A stretch of DNA of 64,000 nucleotides from Cetorhinus maximus (taxonomy: Eukaryota): NCBI RefSeq assembly GCF_964194155.1, contig NC_135893.1, positions 82,646,001 through 82,710,000 on the forward strand, written 5' to 3'. Shown piece after piece: positions 22,770 to 34,259 of the stretch. The notes under the pieces were generated by a model. The model saw only the letters and a list, made by a program, of their open reading frames with translations. It ran no database searches and had not been told where the DNA came from. The position numbers and the translations under genes were made by a program. The first letter of the stretch is position 1. Every line of letters begins with the position of its first letter.

Positions 22770-24185
22770 CTATAGGAACTGGAGGCCAATCAACCCCTCG
22801 AGCCTGCTCAGCCACTTAATAAGATAAGGCTGATCTTTATCTCAAACCCATTTATCTTTGCTCCATATTCCTTGATATCTTTACCAAATAAAAATCTATA
22901 ACTCTTAGTATTGAAAGTGCCAATTAGCCCAGCATTTAGAGAGAGAATTCCAGATTTATACTACTTTTTGTATAAAGAAGTGCTACTTGACATAGGAACA
23001 GGAGTAGACCATTCAGCCTGTCTAGCCTGCTCTGCCATTCAATTAGATCCTGGCTGATCATCTATTTCAATACCACTCTCTCACACTGTCTCCATATTCT
23101 TTGGAGTGATTAATTTCCAGAAATCTATCGATTTCTGTTTTGAACACGCTCAATGATTAGGCTTCCACAACCCACTGGGGTAGAGAATTCCAAAGATTCG
23201 TCACCCTCAGTGAAGAAATTCCTCCTCATCTCAGTCTAAAATGGTCTATCCCTTATCCTGAGATTATGTCCCCTAGTTTTAGACTCACTAGCCAGGGGAA
23301 ACCTCTTATTTACATCCACCCTGTCACGCCCTGTAAGAATTTTGCAAATTTCAATGAGGTCACACTTCATTCTTCAAAACTCTAGGGAATACAGACCCAG
23401 ACTCCTCAATCTCTCCTCATATGACAATCCTGTCATCCCAGGGATTAATCTAGTGAACTTCCATTGCACTCCCTCTACGGCAAGTAAATCCCTCCTTAGA
23501 CAATACACCAAGTGAGGTTTAATCAAGGCTCTATACAACTGCAGCAAGACATCTGTACTCCTGTGCTCAAATTCCCTTGCAAAGGCCAACATACCATCTG
23601 CCTTCCTAATTGCTTGCTGTACCTGCATGCTAACTTTTAGTAACTCATGAATAAGGACACCCAGGTCCCTTTGAACACCTGCATTTACCAACCTCTCACC
23701 ATTTAAGAAATATTCTGCCTTTGTTTTTTCTACCAAAGTGAATAACTTCATACTTATTCACATTATATTCCATCTGCCATATCCTAACCCATTCACTTAA
23801 CCTGTCCAAGTCCTCTTGAAGCCTCCTTGTATCCTCCTCAATTTACGTTGCAACCCAATTTGGTGTCATCAACAAATTTGGAAATATTACAATTGGTCCC
23901 CACATCCAAATCATTTATATGGATTGTGAACAGCTGTGGCCCTGGCACTGATCCTTGCAGTACCCCACTAATAACAGCCTGCCATCCTGAGAATGATCCA
24001 TTTATTCCTTCTGTTTTCTGTCTGTTAATCAATTCTCAATCCAAAGTGGTATATTTTCCCCAATCCCATGCACTTTAATTTGATTTACTAACCTCCTGTG
24101 TGGGACCTTATCAAAAGCCTTCTGAAAATCCAAATACACCACATCCTTTATCAATGCTGCAAGTAATATCCTCAAAAACCTCTAT
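22770..24185 (-). mobile_element. CR1 LINE fragments (two 3' ends and a decayed RT)
   Basis: ORF fragments SGVLQGSVPGPQLFTIHINDLD...SKFVDDTKLG and QLYRALIKPHL...SYEERLRSLGLYSLE. Confidence 0.9.
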
Positions 24186-24215
24186 CACTCCTGAATGGGC
24201 TAGTCTAATATATTC

Positions 24216-24892
24216 AAAACAAAAACAGAATTACCTGGAAAAACTCAGCAGGTCTGGCAGCATCGGTGGAGAAGAAATCAGTCAACGTTTCGAGTCTTCA
24301 TGACCCTTCGGCAGAACTGAAGCATAGTTAGGAGAAAGATGAAATATAAGCTGGTTTAAGGTGGTGGGGGGCGGGGGGAGAGAGAGAAGTTGAGGGTGTG
24401 GTGATTGTGGAGATAAGCAAGCAGTGATAGGAGCAGATAATCAAAAGATGTTACAGACAAAAGGATCAAAGAGGTGTTGAAGGTGGTGATATTGTCTAAG
24501 AAAGGTGCTAATTAAGAATGGAAGACAGGACAGAGTGTCCTGTCTTCCATTCTTAATTAGCACCTTTCTTAGACAATATCACCACCTTCAACACCTCTTT
24601 GATCCTTTTGTCTGTAACACCTTTTGATTATCTGCTCCCATCACTGCTTGCTTATCTCCACAATCACCACACCCTCAACTTCTCTCTCTCCCCGCACCCC
24701 CCCCCCTCCCCCACCTTAAACCAGCTTATATTTCATCTTTCTCCTAACTATGCTTCAGTTCTGCCGAAGGGTCATGAAGACTCGAAACGTTGACTGATTT
24801 CTTCTCCACCGATGCTGCCAGACCTGCTGAGTTTTTCCAGGTAATTCTGTTTTTGTTTTGGATTTCCAGCATCCGCAGTAGCTTTTTGTTTT
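24216..24892. mobile_element. Near-perfect fold-back pLTR-derived insertion (~315-bp arms, 3-nt loop) with 15-bp TSD, in DECR2 intron 3
   Basis: TSD tagtctaatatattc at 24201-24215 and 24893-24907; symmetry axis gacaggaca-gag-tgtcctgtc centred on 24533-24535. Confidence 0.92.
24755..24797 (+). ncRNA. Minimal hammerhead-ribozyme-like motif with variant core CUGCCGA
   Basis: tcagtt-CTGCCGA-a-gggtc atgaa gactc-GAAA-cg-tt-gactga; mirror copy in the left arm. Confidence 0.5.
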
Positions 24893-25609
24893 TAGTCTAA
24901 TATATTCCCTGGTTCTGGATTTCCCCAGAGTAAATAGTTTCTATCTACCCAATAGAATCCTTCTGTCATATTAATCACCTTGATTAGATCACACCTCAAT
25001 CTTCACATGCACAGCACAGGAGGGCATTGTTGTCATAGAATAAATTGCAACCAAAATGATTTTAAGTGGGAATATCCAAAACTAATTAGGTGAACTGTGG
25101 AAAGAAAACTCATCATTGGTAACAGTAACATGCAGACTGGCAGCAGTCCTGAATCAAGTCTGAACACACAAATACCACAAGAAATCATCTACTTCCCATT
25201 TTAACATTCTGTGCCTTTTAGGATGAATATTCAAAGGTGATAGAGGCTGTAAACACATTATTTTGGGGATTAACGTCACAGATAAAATAGGGGTAATTTA
25301 TAAATTTGCCAGGCAAAGCCAACAAACTGTAGAAAAGTGACAACAGAAAAGTGACGTTACAACATTAGCATGAGCTGTTTGTTATTTGTGGATTAACATC
25401 TCCAGTGATAACACTAACTCACTCAACTCCACTACCAGCACCAGCCCAATCAAATCATCATCATAAGGGAGGGAGGGGATTACTTTCACCAATCAAATCT
25501 TCAATTGTCCATTAAGTGGTTCCAATAGATTTGTCAAAACAAGGGTTATGGTAGTTTGTTATACTACTTCAGCGTTTTTCATTATCAAAGTTAAGTTCTG
25601 CCTACTTAC

Positions 25610-25661
25610 TGCCTGTACTCGCTCCAAGCTTCTGCTCGCAATAATAGTGTGACATCCGTGT
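25610..25661 (-). CDS. DECR2: DECR2 coding exon 3 (52 bp)
   Basis: HGCHTIIASRSLERVQA with AG/GT flanks. Confidence 0.95.
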
Positions 25662-26435
25662 CTGTAAGACAACAGATATTAAAATATTGTTACACAGTAG
25701 AAGGGTCAAAGTTGCTGTCCAGTTTCAACATTGAACTCAGCTAGAGTCACAGTGATGCCACACCTTTAATGGTGGAATAGCCAATGAGACATGCAGATCT
25801 GACTCCCTTCTGTGGGTCAGGCCAGGAAACTGGGTGAGAAAGTGAATTTTCTTTGTCTTATAAGATCTTTATCAAAATGCATCACCTGGATTGAGAGATT
25901 TTCAGGCACAAAGGGAATCAAAGGTTATAGGGATCAGGTGAGAAAGCAGCATTGATGTAGATCAGCCACAATCTTAGTAAATGGCAGAGAGGGCTCGAGA
26001 TGCCATGCATCCTACTCCTGCTCCTATTTATGATGTTTTTAACTTACATACAATGTACACACAGCTGTCCAAGAGGCTATGCCACTGGCTAGCTGCACAA
26101 AAAGCAATGCTCCTTCATTCTTCTATTGTCCCAAATTGTCAGCTCCCGATTGAGTAGCCTGCATATATTAGGCATTAAGAAAGAACTTGGTCTCAACATC
26201 CCTGATCAGAGACTCACTGCAAGAGTTTTCACTGTGATACATAGATCAGCCATGACCTAATTGAATGATGGAACAGCTCAAAAGGTTGTATAGCCTCCTC
26301 TTGTAACTATCCATAGGAAAATGGTACTTGTATACCATTTGGGAAACGAACAGATTCTTACGCCATCTCCAGTAGCCTCATGAAGCTTTCCTCAAGTACA
26401 TGCTACTTCTGCCTATATTGCATCTGCTGCCCTAC

Positions 26436-26504
26436 CTCATCAGAATCTCAGCAATTCGGAATCCAATGCCAGACCCTCCTCCTGTGATGAATGCCACCTT
26501 GTCC
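26436..26504 (-). CDS. DECR2: DECR2 coding exon 2 (69 bp) with the NADPH-binding TGGGSGIG motif
   Basis: [23 protein letters not shown] with AG/GT flanks. Confidence 0.97.
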
Positions 26505-26737
26505 CTATTCAGAAATGTAAGAGGTTAACAACAGTAATTTGCTTTATTCAAGTCAGGATAGAGCAATAACATCTCACAACAAAACAGTCCTGCTGCGTGC
26601 AAGGGAAAGCTCTCCCAGTGCACAAGGAAGTCTGGGAGGAATCCTGTTCCCGGGACCATTCACAAGAAAGGGGATCTTTAAACAGAACTCATACTCAATT
26701 GACCCAAATTACACATTAATTTTATATATTCACTTAC

Positions 26738-26826
26738 TTTAGGATATCAGGGCTGAAAATATAGGAATAGTTTAACAAACAGTCATCAGTATCCACATCG
26801 TCAGGGATATTACTAGTCCCAGGCAT
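26738..26826 (-). CDS. DECR2: DECR2 (peroxisomal 2,4-dienoyl-CoA reductase) coding exon 1
   Basis: MPGTSNIPDDVDTDDCLLNYSYIFSPDILK with GT donor; the eight exons sum to 888 nt (295 aa plus stop). Confidence 0.93.
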
Positions 26827-27187
26827 GACTGTTTTTTAAGAATGAATTTAATTTCCGTCCCTCCCCTCCCTCACTAGGGACAGACCCAGAGATAGAAGCC
26901 CTCACAACCAAGAGAGGACAGTCCCTCAAACACTGGGGATGGTAGCCGGAAATAGAGAGCCTGAAGCAAGCCCCGGTACAGACTCTGAATCAGATTCGCT
27001 CTCAGTCCCCAGTCACTGGATCAGGACCCTTCCCATCTCTCAAAGGACCTGGGTCTGGTTACCAGCCACTGGCTGCCCTTTACCCAAGCAGCAATTAGCA
27101 TTAATCATGCGCTGGCGGCGCTATGCATGCCGGGATCCACAGGCTGGGAACGAGGGGAAACTACATTTCCCACAATCCCACAATGTC

Positions 27188-27308
27188 TAAAAGCAAAAAG
27201 CTGGAAACCTGAAACAAAAACAAAAATTGCTAAAAAAAAAACTCAGCAGGTCTGACAGCATCTGCGGAGAGAAAGACAGAGTTAACTCTGTCTTTTTTTG
27301 TTTTTGTT
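27188..27308. mobile_element. Short pLTR-derived insertion inside the promoter, 12-bp TSD
   Basis: TSD tcccacaatgtc at 27176-27187 and 27309-27320; body ctcagcaggtctgacagcatctgcggagagaaagacagagttaac. Confidence 0.85.
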
Positions 27309-27409
27309 TCCCACAATGTCCTTCGGTCTTAACAATCTTCGTGTATTTCCGGTCCTGTTCGGCAATCTCCGGCGTTCGCTTCGGCTCAGGCTGGTTGTTA
27401 CGGTAACTG

Positions 27410-27510
27410 TGGGTACGCCGAGGCCTCCAGTGCTGAAGTGATTGTGAATCGGCGCCGACACCAGGGAAAAGTTTCAGGGGGTGGGGGACCAACACCGATC
27501 GTGCTTCAGG
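27410..27510 (+). other. IFT140: Probable non-coding first exon of IFT140 (5' boundary approximate)
   Basis: Strong donor cagg|gtaagg at 27510/27511 downstream of the X-box; matching acceptor gacag| at 29675. Confidence 0.55.
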
Positions 27511-27789
27511 GTAAGGTCGCTTTCAGTCACCCTCGGACCGTGGGGAGGCTTTAGCTTTATTCATGTGGTTCATGTGGGGCTGTAGCGGCTGATAGGCCGC
27601 AGCCGCGGCTGGGGGGCTGTCACAATAACAGCTGAGCAGCCGCGATATGTGCCGACTGGTTTGGGTATTCGACAGCACAATCGGGTAGACCTCCGGCACC
27701 AGCCGGGAAAACAGTTAGCAGCCGACAGAAGGGAGGGGAGCACAATACATCCCCCCCCCACCACTCCGTCACTAAAACAGCCCGATCGA

Positions 27790-27945
27790 AAAGCAGAATA
27801 CGGATGGTGAAATTTTGAATGAAAGCAGAAAATGCTGCAGGTCAGGCAGCACCTGTGGAGAGACAAACAGTTAATGTTTCACACCTTTCATCAGCACGGG
27901 GAAAAGTTACAAGATGTAACAGGTTTTAAGCGAGGGGTGGGAAAG
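27790..27945 (-). mobile_element. Diverged pLTR-derived repeat copy
   Basis: caggtcaggcagcacctgtggagagacaaacagttaatgtttcacacctttcatcag; reads CTGATGA...GAAA on the minus strand. Confidence 0.65.
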
Positions 27946-27974
27946 GAACCCCTCCCCCGCCCTGCCTCACAACC

Positions 27975-29100
27975 CCCCTCCACACACCCCTCACACACCC
28001 CCATCCCCTTCACACACACACACATCACTGCCCTCGCACACCCCCCTCATCCACCCTCCACACACCCCTCACACACCCCCATCCCCTTCACACACACACA
28101 CATCACTGCCCTCGCACACCCCCTTCATCCACCCTCCACACACCCCTCACACACCCCCATCCCCTTCACACACACACACATCACTGCCCTCGCACACCCC
28201 CCTCATCCACCCTCCACACACCCCTCACACACCCCCATCCCCTTCACACACACACACATCACTGCCCTCGCACACCCCCCTCATCCACCCTCCACACACC
28301 CCTCACACACCCCCATCCCCTTCACACACACACACATCACTGCCCTCGCACACCCCCTCATCCACCCTCCACACACCCCTCAAACACCCCCATCCCCTTC
28401 ACACACACACACATCACTGCCCTCGCACACCCCCCTCATCCACCCTCCACACACCCCTCACACACCCCCATCCCCTTCACACACACACACACACACACAC
28501 ATCACTGCCCTCGCACACCCCCTGATCCACCCTCCACACACCCCTCATACACCCCCCATCCCCTTCACATACCACCCTCGCACACCCCCTCATCTCCCCT
28601 CTCCACACACACCCCCATCCCCTTGATACACCCACCTCACCCTCCCTCACACACCCACTCACCCCCTCCATACGTCCCTCACACACCCCCATCCCCTTCA
28701 CACGCACACGTCACCGCCCTCGCACACCCCCTCATCCACCCTCCACACACCCCTCATACACCCCCATCCCCTTCACATACCACCCTCGCACACCCCCTCA
28801 TCCCCCCTCTCACATCCCTCACCACACACACCCCCATCTCCTTCACACACACACATCACTGCCCTCGTACACCCCCTCATCCACCCTCCACACACCCCTC
28901 ATACACCCCCATCCCCTTCACATACCACCCTCACACACATCCCCATCCTCTTCATACACCCACCTCGCCCTCCCTCACACACCCATTCATCCCCTCCATA
29001 CATCCCTCACCCCATCCCCTTCACACACCCACCTCACCCCTCCACACCCCTCACCCCTCCACACCCCTACTCACCCCCTTCACACACCCCCAACCCCCCT
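27975..29100. repeat. C/A-rich minisatellite (~68-bp unit, degenerating distally) in IFT140 intron 1
   Basis: ccctccacacacccctcacacacccccatccccttcacacacacacacatcactgccctcgcacaccccctcatcca repeated many times; explains the Pro/His/Thr-rich ORFs here. Confidence 0.95.
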
Positions 29101-29702
29101 TTCCCATCAATGAAGCATTGCAACAGCCCCACATACATCTAAAATGCCTGCACCCAATCACTGAAACATCCCCACCCCACGATTAAAATACCGCCCATGC
29201 CATCACTCAAACACCTCCCACCCTGTCACTAAAACACCTCCATCCATTAACCTCACTTCATCATTAAAGCACCCTGCACCCCATCACTAAAACACTACAA
29301 CAACCCCACCCCATCATTAAATCAGAACAACATTAACCACCTCCCCATCATCCCCAAACCATCTCGACACCCCCATTCCCCAATCCATGGCAAACCACAC
29401 CCTGGCCAAGGAGGTGGATGGGAGAGTCTCGATCCTAAATCTCTGCCAATCTAGATCTGAAACTGGTTGCAAGGAATATTGCTACCAATGTGACTCCACA
29501 TTCTTTACCTTGTGCCGACAGATGTTTGGAGCTGTAACTGGCTGCTGTTTGTAACCGTCAATGGGGTAAACAGGGATTACCCGAAGACTGTACACATTTC
29601 CATACAGAATTGAGCTGACAATTGTTAATCTATTGTTGATATGAGGTATATTAAAATTGCATTGTCTCCTGACAGAATTAGACAGAGGCTGACTATGCTA
29701 AC

Positions 29703-29855
29703 ATGGCAGTTTACTTTGATCATCGCATTGATGCACCTGATACTGTTGGTCCTCCATCAGAGATTGCTTGGCATCGTATCCACCCATTGTTGGCAGTAGC
29801 CTCTGTTAGCACCAGTAGCACTCCAGGGGGCAGTGTGGATGTCTATCTCGAGCAG
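29703..29855 (+). CDS. IFT140: IFT140 coding exon 1 (start of WD40 propeller)
   Basis: [51 protein letters not shown] vs recalled human MALYYDHQIEAPD...GSVDIYLEQ; phase-0 GT donor. Confidence 0.95.
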
Positions 29856-30649
29856 GTTGGTACCTCATAATTTCCTCCCCTTCTCTGGAAGACCTGGTCC
29901 CCTTTACTTTTGTTTGGTTGCTATTGGCTACACCAGGCTTGTCCAACCTTTTCACTTGAGCGGGGGCACATTTCCATTTTTTTTCTCAGTCAAGGGGCCG
30001 ATAAGCAAATTTTGGAAAGATAAATTTTGACACAATGTTAAACTGAATTTCAAAAACAGTTGTGATATTAAGAAAATAAGCATCTTGCTGAGCAAAAATA
30101 AAGTGATGTCAAAGCAATAAATTGTTAAGTTAAAAAGAAGAATAATTAATAAAAATGATCAGAGGGTCAGATTGTGTGCCAGGCTCACTCCCAGTCTCAG
30201 GGTGCTCACTCACTCACCCTCACCCAGTGTGTGAGCGAGAAACCTAAGACTGGGAGTAAAGCAGACACGCCCTCACTCTCTCATTTCCACCTGCACTCTG
30301 GCACTCTTTCCCATACTCTCCCACTCCCACACTCCCCCACACACGCTCTCTCACTTCCCCACAATACATGCACTCACTATTCCCCCACATCGCCCCAACA
30401 CACACACACACTCTCTCTCACACACAAATGCTCAATCTCTCATACATCAGCCAGCCTCTTCCCCACAACCCCTCCTCCAACCCGGACTCCACGTCTCACT
30501 CCTGGGTTTCGATGACAGCCTCTCTTTTGCAGGGCCCGGGGCACACTCTCCCCTCTCTCTCTGAAAGGAAATCTTGTTCTCCCCAGCAAACTCTTTGCCA
30601 CTGGTGTTCCCTGCTCCTCCAATCACAGGCTACTCCTCTCCCATGTTTG

Positions 30650-31247
30650 TTGCTGTGTGATATTTCGCTCGGTGGACGCACATGGAAGTCGGAAGCTCAC
30701 CCGCTGACAATTAAGTGGGCAATTAAGCCCATTAACGATACAGTCAACAGCGATTTTTTTACGTGGCCCATCCACATTTACGGTTGGTAGATGCGTCACT
30801 CTCCCAGGTTGCATTTGTGTTTTTGCTCAAACCTTGATCCAGGGTGGGATGAAATCTCCGTGGGGAAATAAAATAAAAAGAGATATCTGGGGACTAGTTT
30901 TTTTATGAGGTATGCTTTCAGGTCCTTAATTGTGCTGCATGGACATATTTTGCAGCATTTTTCTCCTGTCCTTTAGCCTGTGGAGGTCTGCAGTTCCCTG
31001 GGGCATCTGTCTGCCTTCAGGGAGCTCTCTCGAAGCGCTCACCCGCACCCTCAGTTATGTTGGCGCCCATCCTCTTCCTGCCCTCAGCCTAGCATCGCTG
31101 AGCATGTCAGCATGTGTTTCACACTGGCCATTAATTGGTCAGGCAGCGTGAAATCGCAGTTGGGTGCTGATCGCGGCCAGTGGCCCATTTCCCATCTGCT
31201 CCCGGGCCTGCCGGTCACACGTACCCGACGACCGAAAAATTCAGGCC
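30650..31247. mobile_element. Non-autonomous Harbinger-like remnant (one TIR visible)
   Basis: Terminus cgaaaaattcaggcc (31233-31247) resembles the GG..GAATTTT TIRs of the other Harbingers; CpG-rich subterminal sequence. Confidence 0.45.
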
Positions 31248-31936
31248 ATAGACGTTTTTTGTGTATTTTTCATCACAAGATAAACCTTTTCAGTCACTTT
31301 GGAACCAAGAGACTGTAGTTTTTTGGACAACAGCAGTTTGAGATAATGAGGATGATGCACTTCCTGTTGTAGGCATGCTGTAATGTTTCAGTCCTTGGTG
31401 AAATACTGTAATGAATAAAGCTACAAAATGTGAATATATTATCATCTTCACTCATGATGTCACTCCAACTGACCCTGGCCTCTGACTCTTAAAACTAACC
31501 CAACCCACAGGACTTGGGACTATTGGATGTCAGTATTAAATTTTTTTTAAAAACTCCCATCTTTTTTCCTCCTCCAATTCCCATGCAACCAAAACAGTTC
31601 TAAGAAGTTAGTTTTTGCTTGGTTTTATTGATCATGTGTTGTCTAGATGTGAAGACCACAGCACACCACTGAAATACGTTCCAAGAATGCACCTTTTGCA
31701 CAGCAACTTGAATGTCCCATTTATTAACTGCATTTGAAGATTCAAGTTTGGAAGTGAAGCATACTGAAATGCATCCTCCCACAGCATTGTTGCGCAAGTG
31801 TTAAAAGCAAACTCATGTCAACTTGCACAGTGGTTGTAATAATTGTGTATTCTTCTCAAACACTTTGCATGTACACTGCAGGTTAATGGTGTACACACTA
31901 AATGGGATTAAATGTTGACTACCTTCTTGTTTACAG

Positions 31937-32161
31937 GGAGAACACATACCCAATGCACACGTTGAGCGTCCCTTCCAGCCAACGCTCATCAGTTGGCATC
32001 CTTCCAAAAGGGTTGTAGCAATTGGTTGGGAAACTGGAGCAGTGATTTTTTGGTCTGAACAGGGTGCGGATGAACAACAGATAGCAGCTGGCACACACCG
32101 AGCTCAGATCACCATCTTGAAGTGGAGCAGCAATGGCACACGGCTGGTCTCCGCTGATAAA
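31937..32161 (+). CDS. IFT140: IFT140 coding exon 2 (225 bp)
   Basis: GEHIPNAHVERPFQPTLISWHPSKRVVAIGWETG...ITILKWSSNGTRLVSADK with AG/GT flanks. Confidence 0.95.
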
Positions 32162-32181
32162 GTACGTGAGAGAGGTTACAA

Positions 32182-32378
32182 AAGCAGATGCTGGAACCTG
32201 AAATAAAAACAGAAAATGCTGGAAATTCTCAGCAGATCTGACAGCATCTGTGGAGAGAGAAACAGAGTTAATGTTTTGATCAATCTGATAAAAGGTCGTT
32301 GACCTGAAACATTAACTCTGTTTCTCTCTCTACGATGCTGCCTGACTTGCTGACTGTTTCCAGCATTTTCAGTTTTGA
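32182..32378. mobile_element. Fold-back pLTR-derived insertion ~20 nt downstream of the IFT140 exon-2 donor
   Basis: Inverted arms ctcagcagatctgacagcatctgtggagagagaaacagagttaatgttt / aaacattaactctgtttctctctctacgatgctgcctgacttgctg; possible short TSD ttacaa. Confidence 0.8.
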
Positions 32379-33672
32379 TTACAAGACAGGATGTTGAGAT
32401 TATTGCCGGGACAGAGTTCTGACGTAATGTAATTTTAAAGAAACTTGATGGCAACAATCTAAAGGATTTTAATGCAAGAAAATGAGGAATCTTATGAATG
32501 ATTACTTCATGGACCATTGTCTAAAAGTGTCCCATAGAGTCAAAGGCTCTTAGCAATTGACTGAGGGAGTCTGAGAACTTGATGTTCTGTTCTGCCTCCT
32601 GTAGTGCCTCCTCAATGTGAAGTGTGGATTTGAAATATTTCATTATCAACAACATTTACATAATATGTTACAGCAGTGTAATCATTATGATACTGTACTA
32701 GCACTCCAAAGGTTGAGAGTTCATATGGCACCATGGAAAGTTGAAATTGGCTTAAAAATATCTAGTAATTTGTGGACTGGCAGAAGAATCAAAATGAAAA
32801 TGCTGGATTGTAAAAATCCATGAATGCCATTCCAGGAAGAAGCAGATCATTCCCACCCTCTCTGACCTACACAGTCCCCTGACCTTTCAGCTGGTTTTGA
32901 CTAACCGTGAAAACACAGGTCATTGATTCATGTTGGTAACAAACATCTCCGAATATTCCTCTTGAGCAATCCTTTAACCATTCATAACCATGTGACTTGC
33001 AATGGTAAGTGTTCCCAATTTATGGCACCCACCGAATACTGACTCCTCTGGATTACTTTTTTTATGAGCCCTGTGAATAATGAGCTATGTTACTGTTGAA
33101 GACAGGACGTAACTGGTGATAAATTTCCTATTGTCTGGTGTACAAAATTCCCTTCTTGCCAGTACATTCCATTTTTTGGTTGGCTTGTTTCTGTGCCACT
33201 TTCAGTCCATCTAATCTGTAGTCTTTTACTCCACAATCCACCTTCTCAGATCCCATTCTCCTCCTTGTTCCTCACATACCCTTAAAAATGTTATAAAGCC
33301 TCTATTGTAAAGAAATGAATGTTGCTAGTTTATAACAGTAATAAGTCATTTCAGCTGTGATGTAATCATACACTGGAGTGTTGTTCAGTTTCTTTTACAG
33401 AAAGGATAGAAATTCATAAAGTGGAACTTGAGAAATTTATGAATCCTGTACAAATATTGAGTTCTGAGATACAAGTTGGTCATTTTCTGTAGGATGCTTG
33501 AAACATAACTTGAGTCCATATAAATTGACAGTGTTAGCTGTAAAATTGGTTAGGCAGTAGACTGTAGATATTGGAGATGGGTCTTACATTTTCTCAGCAC
33601 TTAATGACTAGTTGCAATAGCAAAAATTTAAATGTTTCCTTTACCGTTATACCTTAATTTGGTTGCTACCAG

Positions 33673-33794
33673 GCTGGAGTTCTGATGGTGTGGCGGGTGG
33701 ATCAGCATGGGCGAGTGCAAGGATCACCGCTTGGTAAACAAGATTTTGGCAAGCAGCTGAGCCACTGTATCTTCAAACCTCCTGCCCCAGGAGA
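33673..33794 (+). CDS. IFT140: IFT140 coding exon 3 (122 bp)
   Basis: [41 protein letters not shown] with AG/GT flanks. Confidence 0.95.
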
Positions 33795-33900
33795 GTAAGT
33801 ACAATTTAAACCTATCATTCAAGTAACATTCTTTGCAGCCTAACACTTCATGACACTTGGAGGATTGATATGTCAGGTATGAGTTAGCACTCTTGCTTTT

Positions 33901-34229
33901 TTTTATTCATTGATGGGTTGTGGGGGGTCACTGGCAAGGCCAGCATTTGTTGCCCATCCCTATTTGCCCTTGAATTGAGTGGCTTGCTAGACCATTTCAG
34001 CGGGCAGTTAAGAGTCAACCACATTGCTGTGGACCTAGAGTCACATGTAGGCCAGACCAGGTAAGGATATCAGATTTCCTTCCCTAAAGATGGGTTTTTA
34101 CAACAATTGACAATGGTTTCGTGGTTATCATTAGACTTCAAATTCAACTATCTGCCGTGGTGGGATTCGAACCCAGGTCCCCAGAGCATTACTAGTCCAG
34201 TGACAATACCAGTACTGCCACTGCCTCCC
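33901..34229 (-). mobile_element. tRNA-headed SINE with a LINE-derived 3' tail
   Basis: Minus strand has A-box-like TGGCAGTACTGG and B-box GGTTCGAATCC; tail shared with the LINE at 47310. Confidence 0.8.
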
Positions 34230-34259
34230 CGTATCATATGGTTGTGGTTCTGTCTCATG

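Larger units (their letters stand above)
27100..27510. promoter_or_regulatory. Bidirectional CpG-rich promoter of DECR2 (-) and IFT140 (+): ZNF143/THAP11-type motif actacatttcccacaat (27160-27176), ETS-like ttccgg (27347-27352), RFX X-box gttgttacggtaac (27394-27407)
   Basis: Motifs read directly and matched to known consensus; the two genes diverge from this interval. Confidence 0.75.

Noticed and set aside
27832-29186. Long Pro/His/Thr-rich ORFs (264 aa and 187 aa)
   Set aside because: Translations of the C/A-rich minisatellite, which lacks stop codons by composition
34150-34229. tRNA gene on the minus strand
   Set aside because: A and B boxes are present but no intact cloverleaf is evident, and it continues into a SINE body and LINE tail
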